Of a stretch of DNA of 32,609 nucleotides, positions 10,801-23,938 are shown one piece after another. The notes under the pieces are model-generated. The model was not told the origin of the DNA and did no database searches. It worked only from the letters and a program-made list of their open reading frames with translations. Made by a program: the position numbers and the translations under genes. Each line of letters begins with the position of its first letter. Positions within the stretch are counted from its first letter, which is position 1. The stretch is from Callorhinchus milii (Eukaryota), in the NCBI RefSeq assembly GCF_018977255.1, contig NW_024705594.1, positions 1-32,609 on the forward strand. The letters are read 5' to 3'.

Positions 10801-13800
10801 CCGGTCCTACACTTAGACAGGTGTGGAGTGCTCGACCGTCGTTTGCGTTGGCAGTATTTCCGTATGGTGCTATAGCGTTGGGTGACCCATCATTTTCCAT
10901 GCTGTTACTAGGCTCGTTGACATAGATACGAGAATACAATCGCCTTAGATCATATAGAAATAACTCCTCCCTTGGGGCTTCGCGAGGATTTCCATTAGGA
11001 GAGGGTCGGCAAATGGCGATGCGAATATGATCTACCAAAAAACCACGTCCGCGTTGTAATTGGCGCGGGTGGCGAGGGAATGGTTTCACCACGTGACGGG
11101 ATATTCTGCCGCTCCGTGATTTCGGGAGGAAAGAGTCGTGCATTTTCAAGTCAGAGTCTGAGGGTCATAGCGCGTCAGTCATAATACAGCGCTAGTGAAC
11201 AAGACCAACGACCCGACGTACTTTTACATGAAGATAGCCGGGCGACCCTTCACAGTGTCCCTTCACGGTATACGGGAATAGTAGCGCGAGCTTGGAGACC
11301 TAGAGAAGATGCGGTAAAATACTTAGTGGTTGGTATGTCGGTAAAGTACCAGGATTGAATTTCGACCGAATATCTCCTTTTCGGTGGAGTACGCGCTCAG
11401 CCTACACAGATGTTTAAAATTGACAACCTTTTTAATTGCCAACCATGGGGTTACTTCATACGGGATTAGTTCAATAGGATGTCTGTCGGAACCCGTGAGG
11501 AGTCTCCTTTGTCGTGGTGACTTTTTTACCAGACCCAAAGCCCAGAGCGCTTTGATTCGGATTAGCGTTGCTTTTCGCCTCTACATCTTTCGAATGGCTT
11601 CTACGAGACTGCATTTGATACTATCCACGATAGCTAGCCGGCGCCGCTATAGCTATGCACAACTAGCTATCGAGAAGTGCTTCCACTCCTAGCACTGTGA
11701 CGCGGATATGATTGGGTAGATAGTCTTCGAATTTTTAAACAAGGACTGGATGGGCGGGACGGCGGTCACGTGGGTGGCACGAAAAGCAACCTCAACCGAA
11801 TTGAAAAATAAACAAAACACTCGAAGTTAGCACCCCATATCGGCGTCCGAGCATCCGTAAGGTTGCGGAGCCCGTTTCGCCCACGATGGCACAGTTTCTA
11901 CAAGTGGTGATCAGTGCGACTGTGCGCAATGGAACTGTGCCCTTGCATAGGGTCCAAATTGTTGGCACGGACCCTTTACAGCCCTGACTCCTCTAACGCC
12001 CACGTCGGAAGAAAATTTGATACTTAGCCGACTCTTTTTAGTCTGTATCGAATCCGGCCTAACATGGTTACCGAGAGTCAGTGGGACAGGGAGACCACGG
12101 GCCAAGTCCTAAACTCTTCTGCCGCCAAGTGATAATACGCTTGCCGAATTGTGTGTGTCGTAGGGTACACAACTGCTGTAGTCCTATTTCCAGCCCCAGG
12201 CAATGGAAAACGTTGGCAAGCGGCAGGGTTGTTCTGTTAGCTTCGATAGCTCACCCTGTTTGACCCATTAGTCTAAACAAAGCGACGGGGCGGCGAGGCC
12301 GGTGGAGCAACGAACAGATCGGCGAATCTGTCGCAGGGGGCACGCTAATCAGGGTACTATCTGTGGATTTGCAAGGAGTGCTGTAAAGGGACAGGATACG
12401 TTTATGGAGATTTGGTTTAATATGCAGCTAACCTTAATGATCTCCAGGCCGGAATTCCATACGTGAAGCTGTGTCAATTGGAATTCGATAGACAGATTAA
12501 CGACTAGGCTAAACCGCCATCCCGCCAGCAGCCCTGCTCTATCGTCAAGAGCGGAGGGTTGGTACTCTTTCGTAACTGTCGGCGGACACACACGCCCAGA
12601 CAAAGTTTTGAAAAAAGAATTCCGGTTTTGCCCGAGCATTCGTATAGCGCAGCAATAATTCGCTTAGGTTTACAAACACGGGAACGTTCATTCAATTACC
12701 TCCTGTTGTGTGCGACTTCCCGGAACCCTAGACATTATATCTCGATTGACGAGTCCACGTCAAAGCATAAGAGTCAAAAGCCAACCATCCCACTCATAAA
12801 CATATACACGCTCGTATGCGTAGCACCATGGGCGCGCTCTTACGACCGGCCAATCTTAGGAAGCCCTTGTCAGGTCTTGCTACGCTTCTAAACGGTGATC
12901 CCGGTGTAACCAGATATGCTTACCTGCGATTAAAGAAAACGGAAATTCCTACGATTCACATAGGTGGGCTATATAGTGGACACTATTACCCTACGTTGAG
13001 CAGGCTGAATGGATTTAGGCGCAATCTTTCAGTCAGGTACCGATGATATCAGAGGTCTGGTGCCTATGAATCTTAAGTTCTATGCTGATGTTGCGTTCAT
13101 TAGTCCATCATTCATGATGTCAGCTAAACTGTAACCTGGGCTGGGCATGACAAGTTCCGGCAACTAGTAAGCTCCGGAATTAAAAACTACTACGCATTAA
13201 TTAGCCATTCAGGTGTTGGGTTCCTAGCGAAACAAACCGTGTCGGTCGGAAGTTGGGAATAAAATTGTAATTTTCGACTTTGACTACAATTTAATATGAC
13301 TTCAGTCCCTATCGCCAAGGCACAATCCACAGCCGGAATACATTTGGAGGGAAAACAAGGGTTATTAGTAATTCGGTATGTACAAGGTTTTGCGTAACTT
13401 GCGAAGGTTGTTCAACTAAGCGGGATTAACGCTGCGTTAGAAGAGTGAAGATCTAGGCATATACCGGAAAACGTTGTTGAGTTAGGCCCGTCACAACACA
13501 CGCGCCAAGACCTTGGCGTGTACGGACATAGCTCCGATGACAAATGAGTAACATCGAACGTGTAACACGTCGGTAGCCCAAGTGACGAAGGTAGCGTCCT
13601 AGCTGTGGAATGCAAGCGCATCGATCATATATTAGCTAGAACTGACAGGATTCGGGTAGGCTTCTCCGACCGCAACGGCACAGGAATACGTCAGATCACC
13701 TCTACTACGCGGGTCGTCTTAGACCTTACTCCAAGTTGTACTTTATTTTGAACGAGAGACCTTTGAGAAAACTGTGGACGCCAAGCTATCAGTTCATGAG

Positions 13801-16800
13801 TTTCAGACTGGCTCCCAGGCTCCGGTGCCTGAGTGTCAATCCAAGGCATTCTACTAACCACCACGCCTGGGAGACGCAGCACGATCGGAACGTTCTTCTA
13901 TAAGGGTCATTTGTTTCGCTTGATTACACGTATCGAATGCACTGTATCACCGCAACGACACCTCATCATTACAATGGACGCCGTGGCCAAAGGCTGTAAA
14001 CGGGGTAGGCATTTTGTGGCCACTAAGAGCGCGCAAGGGTGATTAGGGTTGAGATACATGAATGGGTACCATGCAGTCTTACACCAATACAACCCATGTG
14101 CAGTTCAACCGGAACATTCCAAGAGCACTCTGGAGCGGGCATTACCAGCGTCAAATTGCATCATACCAAGGCGTAAATCATTGTAAACCAGCAGGTCAAC
14201 ACGGAATGTCAGACCTTTAAGTATGTTATTAAGTACCAGCATAAATCAAATGGTAACCTGCCACAGAGCAGCCAGCGAATCGCTCTACCTGAAGGAAATA
14301 CTCCAACGATTGAGCCGACCGGAATTCGTCCGCGATGCCTTTTAACGGTGGCCCTGACTGTCGGCGTTGGGAGATTAGCTTGCTGAACTGACGGATAATT
14401 CCGGATGCACCATCGACCCGCACATAGACGGGCGGAGTGGCTAACAGAGGCACCGTGCCGTGCTGCGGCCGGGACGAGTGTGCGGACGAGACGTAGGATT
14501 CCTAAGTTCGAATCACTCCTACGCGGGGAGGATCATGATTGTTGGTAGCCCTGTATGATGCCGATATCCAATAACAAGCTGGATAATCGACAATCGATGA
14601 GCCTATTATTGCAGCTTTAAAGTCTTAGTCGCCTACACAGGGTAGGCTAATACCGAACCTCCTCCTAAGGATTCATTTTTGTGCGTCTACCAATCCTGCG
14701 TGGCAGAAACTGAGTCCGTTAGATAGGCTCTCGTACCCATTACGACCTTGATAAATGCAATACCTCATAACACATCTCGAATGAGGGCTGGATTGAAAAG
14801 AACCTTAGACACTTTTTGATAGATGGAAATATTCGCGCAATTGCATCCCATAGCTGCGGTGCCGGAGAGTAAATTCTTTTAGTAAATGGTTAGATTTCTC
14901 CGTACAAAGTCTTATTTTCGGCTTGTCGCAACCTAGTCCCAGCGAGTGGAAACTAAACTATAGGCGTGACCCGCTACTGACCAGTCGGTCCCAGTTTAAT
15001 CCCACATGTTATGCACCTTTGGTAACGAACCCAAAAAGCAAGATTGTGGCCGGATCCAACATTTACGATACACGGCACTAGAGGTTGAGATCGATGGACG
15101 CTTTCTATAACCGGCAACGACGACATACCCCTCAAGGTGATAAGAGCCGACCAACTTATAGCTGGCGCACTTTGTTGCTCTATTTGAGGACGGTACGGGT
15201 GTAATAAGTAAAGACTAGTCAATTTTATATACTTTAGCAACAGAAGTGCCCTTGAGTCGTCGGTCCATTGAGCTGCGAGGGGATCGGATACCTATTTCTC
15301 CCAAAGGCACGTTCCCCCAGAGTTAAAGGGGGCGCGAGTACACTTCCTGGCATAGAATGCAGGCGTCCTAAACGGTGGGTGCTCAAAGTGTAGACGGGGT
15401 CAACGATAGAAAGAAAAAGTGCCATTTGCGCCGCAACGGTTGTAGACTTAGAGCCAGGAACTAGAGGAGTTTCGGGACCTGTCCTACCTCCAGAAAGTTA
15501 TGTGGTACGGCTACCTAAATCGGGAACTAGTACAGATAGGTGCCATTATCTACTCGTACGGAGGCAGTACTTATCCGTTATTCCATCGGCCTGGTTGCAA
15601 TGCTGAAGCCATTTCAACCAACATGGCCCGCCTGTGTGCGATCCCTCATGATATAAATTCAGGGTCAATATCGAGGGTGATAGCCCGCGCTGCGGTATGT
15701 AGTCTGACGTCACGCCACAGAACAGCTTCTATTTCTAGGTGTCATCGATCCCGAAACGGTCCTGTTGACAGGAAGGTAACCCACTTTATGACTACGGCTA
15801 AGGTATAATTTCTACAGGCATCAGATGCATTCCAGACTACTTGTAATGATTTCATCTCCGCTTGTAGCGAAGCATCCCACACGAAGGGCACACGTCCATA
15901 CGTTGACGCCACTGGGGGACCTTACCGCGATATCAATAAGTCAAACCAAACTCAGATGCAGGAAGAACGTAAGTTCTCAAAGGCGAATCTAAGTGGAATT
16001 GGTAAACAACCGCAAAAATCCCTCCGAAAGACGCCGACAGTCTTTACCGAGGGATTTGGTTCGCCGTGTTCAGGTTGATCGTGGCAATAGTGGAAAAAAA
16101 GATTGAGCGTCCGAACCGCTGCTGTGTACGAGACCTGGACATTTTGGTGAGTCGTTCGCGGCAGGGTTAATTCTGGAACGCTCGTCCAAGAGGATGTCGC
16201 ACGTTCCAGATAGTACTGTAACTCACTTGTTCACGGAGGACGTTGCTGCATCCTAGGGTATTGGTATTATTCTGAGCCGGCTAAGTTAGCCGGTCGGTAG
16301 ATTGGCCAGAAAAAAATCGGGAAGCAAAATCATATTCAAGCTCCCCTGTAGTAGCTAGAGGATAACAGGAGGATACGCGGGCATCTCATATTTTCCATTC
16401 TGTTCTTGATCATGTGTTGGCCTACACCTTTTGCAGGTGATGGGTGCTCAGCGCGATCAGCAAGGTCTCGTTAACTTAGAACAAAATCCAGCCACACCCT
16501 TGCAAATATGATAAGAGAAGTTTTGTTCATCCTTAAGAGTGGGAAATCACAAAATATCAATCTCCGCCAGCCATGCCAGGCGACAAACAAGGGACGTAGT
16601 TATTGCATTACTCCACGTGGTCCTACTGCTCTCGCTACTGAATCTCTGGCGAGGTGAAGACCTCGGGGATTGAGCGGCAATGCAAGTTATACATTAATGT
16701 TTTCCCGGTATGTTTATACATTGACACGGCGGTATAAGCTTAATTTTTGGTCATGTGGAAATGACTAACCGCTGAGGAGTGCTCGAACTCAATCCTTGAC

Positions 16801-19800
16801 GAGGCTTGTATGCCCTGTTATGCGCGTAGACGTGTCATTTTGGGTCCCTAATGACAAGCGTACATTCAAGCCATTTCCGAAACCCTATCTAACCGATTGC
16901 TTTTTAGCACGCCGGGAGGACTGAGCAGACCCCGAAGCTTAGTTAGCTGGCCGCGCATAACAGTAAGCCGCTCGATTGGTACTTTTTCAAATTAGCAGCA
17001 GCACCCTGATTGTTACGTTGAGAGTTATCCGATGTGCAGGGCGCTGATCAAAGAGCGATCGGGTCCTATAAGCGTACTTGCTGAAAGTGCGTCCCCGTTA
17101 ACATTAGGCGCTCACATTATGAGCAGCCACGAAGGCTTAGAGGAGTATCTTTAGGTTAGTCAACGTATAGCCGTGAACTGTAGAGTGTGATGGCTGTAGG
17201 GAAGTGAACTCATGCACCCAGTAAGTCACATCGTTGCTACCATGGTTTTTAAAGAATATGATTCCAAGGCTCGATGGTATGCGCTACTCCGATACTAATT
17301 GCCTGTTTTAAGCGATACCCACGCGTACTCCGTCTACATTGCTTGATTTGGTGGCCGATGGACGCCGGGTTGCAGTTCTTTCACTAACGGCGGGCAAAAG
17401 GGACCTTTCGTCCTTCGCGTGTGGTGGCTCTTGCTGTTGGATGGTATGCCTTACGCTTAGGTTATACCATCTATAGGGACAGAATTACGCAAGTCTACGC
17501 CGCTGTATGCAACTCCGATTACGGTTATCTGAAAAAAACCCTCGGTGAATTCGGCATAGTTAACCAAATCATATCCAATGTATAACGCTCAGGACTATTC
17601 GTGTAGTGTACGCTCGCAGGTGATGAGACAATGAGGGCCAGAACTACAGGTTTCATTGACGCTCACCTAACTTAGATATAACAGTATAGCGAAATCAGGT
17701 TTGCCAGCCTTATATAGGTATCTGTTACGGTGAAGGTGTAGAAAAGAAAAAATTCCTGCCAAGCGAAGTTCTAATCCACTCCACTCTTAATATATGATAA
17801 TCAAACTTGAGTAATTCGTCTATGCTACCCGGCCACACAGCCAAGCAAAACTCCAGAAGAGGCTTCAACCTACGTTATGCCGAAAGAATGAACTGAAGCT
17901 TCCGTGAACTCAGACGGCAGTTATGGCAAGCGTCGACAGAGAGTGTTCGTGCCTGCGTGCCAAACCCCATATCGGAATGCCGAGACGGTGACAGCAAGTA
18001 TAAATAAGGACGTCGCCTCTTGTCATCAAAGGACGGCATAGGATCCAACTCTATGCCCCGCTTCACGGACTTCAAGCCTATCGCACGATGCAATGATGGC
18101 TCACCAGACGCGACAAGCGGCGAATCTTGCAGGTGATCGTTTGAGGGCGAAGGGGAGGCTGCAGAAGTTTGATTTCGTTTGCCTAAACGACGAAGTACGA
18201 AAAAGCGGTGAAGGACCTTAGACGCTTGCGGCGTGAATGGTGGATTATGCTGTAGAGTAGAGAAGCGGGGGGGGGACTGCCTTGCTTAATTTGAGAACAG
18301 ATGACCAAGGTAGAAGGTCACTGTCTCTTATAGGAAATCAGCTAATGTTGGGAGTCTCCATACTCCTGGGGGCGCATGTATAAGACAGCTCGTCTCCAGC
18401 TGCTAGTCGTCTCGCTTCTAAAGGGTGTTAAAGGGTCCGAGGCGGGGCACATGAATGAGGAGACCGATGATATTCCCGGGCGTAATCGCTAGGTGCTGAG
18501 CAATCTAGGATAAGTTGCGTATCTCACCCGGTACTCAGTTAGGCCGTACAAAAGACAGCCAGAGCCTCATAGTAACATAAGTGTGCTTAACCTTTGGTAA
18601 ACACGCCCAATCGCGGATTGCCGCATTTCTCGCTAAAGTCTATCTTGGACCAACCTTCCATTAGTAAACCCCGCAATCGCTGGCTGGCAGATGATCTTAA
18701 TAGTAGAGGGAGAAAACTGGTTTGGTCGGGGTATGAGCAGAAGCGTGAGGGACCAATCGGGAGATAACCGCGATTAAACCTCCCCTCTGTATCGAAGTTG
18801 ATAGTAGAGTCGCCCAGCGGAAGCTCGAGTGAACAAACAGGCGAGTGGCACGTTCAAGGTGTGATACATGCAAGAAAGGGTCTTTGATAGTTGGCCCCGC
18901 ACGCCCAACGCTGTGTAAGATTATAGGTGAGACAGCATTAATTCGCATTGTTTAGATCTTGTAGATCATACACGACACTACTACGAAGGGGTAATTCAGT
19001 CATACTCGACTTGCAAACCCCGTCCATTATATAGTGCATTACTCTTTAGACCCGCTGATATGGGGAGTGGCTGTTCTTCTCCCGGAGTGTTGATAGGAGC
19101 GGATACTGGAATAAGTCGCCCCGTGGATGTTTAGTCATAACGCCTTCAACACCCTTCACTTGGCCCACAACGTTTACCTACTTCCCCGAATCTAAATCTA
19201 GTAAAAAGTTGTTTAGCGATCTGGTTGCGACGGACTGGAAATACACTGCTGTTTTTTACAGTACCAATTAGAAACGCGACTCCTAATCTTGCTGGATTTC
19301 AGCGTGAGTAAGTGCGGGCATGGGGACGTATGACCATAGTCTTTTTCTTCCATGAGTGAAGAGCTTAGTTATCGCGATTGTGAGACCGCCTACGGGCGCT
19401 GTGCCGCTAGAAATCCGGCGAGGCGCGCTAGGGTATAAGAATCTGCTCCCGTGTCAATCGCCGCCACGATATCGGGCAGTAAGAGCCGTCTCATAGATTG
19501 GGCATACCCAAAGTTCGCATTATACACAGGAGATGTCTCCTCGGGACATGGGGGCAACCCATAATATGAAACGTGAATAGTTTCCTTTAGCAAAGCTGAA
19601 TATTGGTAAGCTTATGTTTAGAAAGGTAGAGTTGACAGGCGTACCCCTTACCCCGCACGCTGATCTGTAAGCTCATGTCTGCCTTACTACTGTCGGCAGA
19701 ATAAAATTCTGTATTTGGCGTCGCGCCAGACACTCCAGCGGAAGGGGGGAGTACAGGATACCTTTGTTAACTACCGACCTTTCATCTCCGCTTCGTTCTA
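4890..19800. other. Featureless, random-like block (probably shuffled, synthetic or artefactual)
   Basis: Roughly even base use with abundant CpG, TpA and CTAG. Longest ORF is 127 aa with no recognisable motif. I found no microsatellites, AT-rich tracts or TE motifs, unlike both flanks. The right boundary is approximate. Confidence 0.7.
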
Positions 19801-19801
19801 A

Positions 19802-20865
19802 CACGCCCGACACAGCACAGACCAAAGTGACAAATTGCCTGATGATAACTTGTTTGATGATGACGCTGTCGGCGATCAACTTTCGGAATACCTATTCACC
19901 AGTAAAACCCTTAAATTGATGGACAAGGCTCTAGTCAGAATTCCCGATTTTGACCCCACAATAAGACTATGGATATCCACACACATATCGCAACAGTAGA
20001 AGAGGAGGCAATGATTAGAGGGCTGAGGAGACGGGATGAAAAAGCGAGTTTGTTGAAACGGACCTTACATAAAGAATCTATCCCATGGGTAAAGTCACTA
20101 CCACACAAGGTTAGAAATGATTTTAAACAACTGAGCCTGGCAGTGATTCGGAAGTTTGGAGAATATTCGACACTCACTGAGGGGTTTTATGCTGTAAAAT
20201 CGATGACCCAGGGCATGGACCAAGATCCACGTGACTACCTCGTCCAATTTAAAAGAGCGTATTACGCAGGCGATGTGAATCAATACCACGAAGGAGATAA
20301 AATGTTCAAAATTATGTTTTTTGAATCCTTGAGCCCAGAGATTACAGAAAGGGTGAGAATGGTTTTGAATCCAGAAACCGCATCCTTACGCCGCATAGAG
20401 AGCAAGGCGTACATGGCATGGTTATACAGAGCTAAGAATCATAATTCGGATCCAGAACACAGGGAGAGGGATGAGGAACCCAGCCTCTCAGAGAGGAATA
20501 AAAATCACCGAGCAGTCCCACAATGCAGGACGGAGCAAAACGCACGCACACCTGGCAAAATAACCCAGAGAGAGGTTGGCACGAGAATGAGAGCGGCACA
20601 AAGCCGAACATTCAGGAGAATCGCAGGAGGGGGAGGTTCAGAACAGAACCATACCAACACCCCATGCCACGACACACACAAGATCAAAATTACCCACAAA
20701 GATGGCGAAGTAACAATCCAGGAAAAATTTGGCACCCAAATGGGAGAAACACTGGGCCAAAATGTACGAGAATCGCAGGAGGGAGAGGTTCAGAGCAGAA
20801 CCATATCAACACCCCATCCCACGACACACGCAAGGTTCAAATTACGCACAGAGATGGGAAGATAA
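19802..20865 (+). CDS. gag: Gypsy/Ty3-like retrotransposon Gag (frameshifted, 5' part missing)
   Basis: ORF 19969-20865 (298 aa) carries the capsid/MHR-like segment MTQGMDQDPRDYLVQFKRAYYAG...FKIMFFESLSPEI. An upstream frame open from 19802 (…KLMDKALVRIPDFDP) joins it through a 1-nt shift near 19960. Confidence 0.75.
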
Positions 20866-20950
20866 CCACCTAGCGGGAAGGTGTTACACAGACCGCGGAG
20901 GTATGGATGCGAACATTCAGGAGAATCGCAGGATGGGAGGTCAAACACAA
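20605..20950 (+). repeat. ~150-bp degenerate repeat, 2 full copies plus 1 partial, at the gag 3' end
   Basis: GAGAATCGCAGGA recurs at ~20616, ~20768 and ~20921. Translations give ENRRRGRFRTEPYQHPMPRHTQ, ENRRRERFRAEPYQHPIPRHTQ and ENRRMGG. Confidence 0.85.
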
Positions 20951-21659
20951 TCGATCCAATTCCGACCAATTCCTCCACCGGCTATACCAGGAGGGAATAG
21001 AGGAATAACACAGAATGCGGTCCAAATACGTGATGAACCATCCACAGTGATTGAGAGCGGGCAGCCCATACGCGCCACGCACGCTGAAGTTTTGTTAAAC
21101 CCTGGCTCATTGGGAAATACAAGCAGGCTGCAAGTGACAGGGCGGGCAAAAACGTGGACAGTGCTCCCGTAAATGACGCGCGGATCGAATACAAGGACAG
21201 GGTTGAATTGAAGTGTGATCGGACAGTGGATAACAGACAGCAGAGACACGCCCTGAGGAGCGCAGGCGTGAGCCTTTGAATGGAAAATATCCAAGGGAAA
21301 CCAAAAATTATGTGGATCGGAGTGCTAAAATGGAGACGAATGTTCATGACGTATCGGGAATGGTGTTGAAATCCAACACACTCGTAAAAACAAAGAGGGC
21401 AACATTACGAGGGACAGAATTAAATCGACACACTGACTCGGCAAATGTGCATGTAATCGCAGAGAGAGCGAATGCCACGAACCAAGTGTCAAAGTGGGTC
21501 GTGTGCGCGAATTCTGGTTACGTGCAGCACAATTTTTCACCACACACTCCCACGACGCGAGAGAGTGAGAGAGGAAACTACAAAAACGAACCCGAAAACC
21601 GTGATCAAATTATCAAAGTGATAAGTGGTAAACCAGGCAACATGAGGAAGGTAACGCAT

Positions 21660-22144
21660 AAATGCGTTCGAAACCGCTACCTAGCGTTTCCCAGGATTTA
21701 ACAAAAACAAAATTAAATTCGTCAGAGTTATGATGTATGAGAACCGATGTAACGCAATATCGATGTTAACGTGTTGTTATTTTCTTTGCTTAATTCAAAT
21801 GTAACCATGTTAACAAAAACAAAAATGAATATTCGTCGGAGTTATGATGTATGAGAACCGATGTAACGCAATATCGATGTTAACGTGTTGTTATTTTCTT
21901 TGCTTAATTCAAATGTAACCATATCAAGATCGTAATACGTGCGCGCGCGTAAGAAATGCGTCCGAAACCGCTACCGAGCGTTTCCCAGGATTTAACAAAA
22001 ACAAAAATGAATATTCGCCGGAGTTATGATGTATGAGAACCGATGTAACGCAATATCGATGTTTAACGTGTTGTTTATTTTCTTTGCTTATTTCAGATGT
22101 AACCAGGTTAAGATTGTAATACGTGCACGCGCGTCGTAAGAAAT
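21660..22144 (+). repeat. Tandem array: three copies of a ~110-bp core within a ~185-bp unit
   Basis: TTAACAAAAACAAAA...GAGTTATGATGTATGAGAACCGATGTAACGCAATATCGATG...TGTAACCA at ~21698, ~21810 and ~21992. GAAACCGCTACC..GCGTTTCCCAGGA precedes copies 1 and 3. Confidence 0.92.
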
Positions 22145-23760
22145 AACCGCCGAGAGTAAGGGCGGCTGATGGGATTCATGACATAAAAAGGGGGCATTAC
22201 TTTGTTTGAAAATTCGCCAGTGGCCAAATCGACCCCTGATAATTTTCAAACGGGCGGACTGTTGTGTATGTACCCCCTTTTTATTTATTTTTAATTTTTT
22301 TTTTAAGAATTATTCTGCCATCATATATAATATTGTTTTTTTAATAGACACGGGGCAACGTGGAACGAACACGCCCCCACACTTCCACAGATGCGCGCAT
22401 ACCTCAATTCAAAGGAAAGACGGCATGAAAGAGGGTAATCAAGGTCATAAACTCCCCGAATTTCACACAAGAGGAACAAGGGAGGGGGGAATGGCAGGCA
22501 GGGGGGTCAGCAGGACATCCTTTTGTTAAAAAAAACCTCAAACCAGGCACCATGGAGGAAGAGATAATTATATTCTGAACAAAGATAAGCCGGGATATCA
22601 GATTAAATAATCACAAGAAGTCAAATAATAAGTACGGAATTAAAGTAGAAGAGGAATCAAGGGCGGAGAAGGCTCTCAAAATTAACCAAACACAACAACC
22701 CATGGGAAGCGAGCAACACGGCCGTCTTTGTCTTTCCGAGAGGATCTCCACACGCAGGCACAAAGCTAGGAAATGACACCCATAAAGGGGGCAATGGCTC
22801 AAAGGAAATTAACACGTCTTCGAAGATCAATAAATAAAAGCATGCGCCGGGTGCTTCCACCGTGGAAACAACCGTCTTTGTCTTCCCACAACACGGACAG
22901 GAAAAAATTGCACACGCGAGGAAATAACATTTCCATGAGAGATCGGGTCACGATGAAACATCGTGAACACGGTTTCGGCATAACCAAGCAGCAAATAAGT
23001 TGCATTTCAACTTCCAAACCAAAACAACTTAAGCTGTGTGAGACAAAAGATATGATCCCGAGCAAGGGAGAGAATAATTAAGCTCGCTTAACGCGTAGGT
23101 TTTCGCGACAAATATTATTCAGTAACAAAACATGGATTCGAATGTTTTTTTTTATATATAACTCGACGCGAATCATCGGTCTGGCTAATGGATAACTTCG
23201 GTGGCGCCGTCACGAGGCACCCCCACCCCTTTCTTCCAGAACGACACAGCTGTGTCTTCAAAGCTAATAAACACACGGACAAACACGCACGCGAAACACA
23301 CGGACGGACACACACACAACGAACACAGATGGTTCAGCCCACAGGAGGGTTTTATGACAGCCTTTGAACAACTCGGGAAACTGAGTGGAATTTCCAGATA
23401 TAAACCGAAGAAAAATCCATTCAAAGCAGATCATCCGGGCCCCGAGCCATCTCGTCGCCAGGGCCGGCTCCACCAGCAGATCGCCAGGGCTCTGAGCCCC
23501 AACTCGTCGCCAGGGCTTCGACTCCACCACAGATCGTCAAGAAGTTTTCGTCATTCAGAATGACGAGGTTCGCGGAGTAGCGACGCGTAGCTACAAGCCG
23601 AGGTCTGCACCACCTGAGAAGAATCGCTACCCTGAGTCGCAGAGCTGCGAGTGAAGCCAACAAAGACGCCAACGTCCACCCTGCCACGAACGAAGCATCG
23701 CTCCTCGTCAGAGTGACGACCAGCGAACAACCCGCAGGAAAGGCGGAGATCGCTGAACGA

Positions 23761-23938
23761 GCGCCAACGTGCGCCACCGTGCGCCACCTTGCGCCACCGT
23801 GCGCCACCGTGCGCCACCGTGCGCCACCTTGCGCCACCGTGCGCCACCGTGCGCCACCGTGCGCCACCGTGCGCCACCTTGCGCCACCGTGCGCCACCGA
23901 GCGACACGAGCGACACCGAGCGACAACGAGCGACACCC
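23761..23938. repeat. Decamer minisatellite (GCGCCACCGT)x14 plus 4 diverged GCGACA units
   Basis: Directly visible at 23761-23900, with GCGCCACCTT variants at units 3, 7 and 12. Confidence 0.97.

Noticed and set aside
4890..19800. Dozens of 60-127-aa ORFs in the central block
   Set aside because: Lengths are as expected by chance, with no motifs, no strand or operon-like organisation and atypical amino-acid composition.
23202..23219. PBS-like TGGCGCCGTCACGAGG
   Set aside because: Not preceded by an LTR CA end, and I cannot match it to a specific tRNA 3' end.
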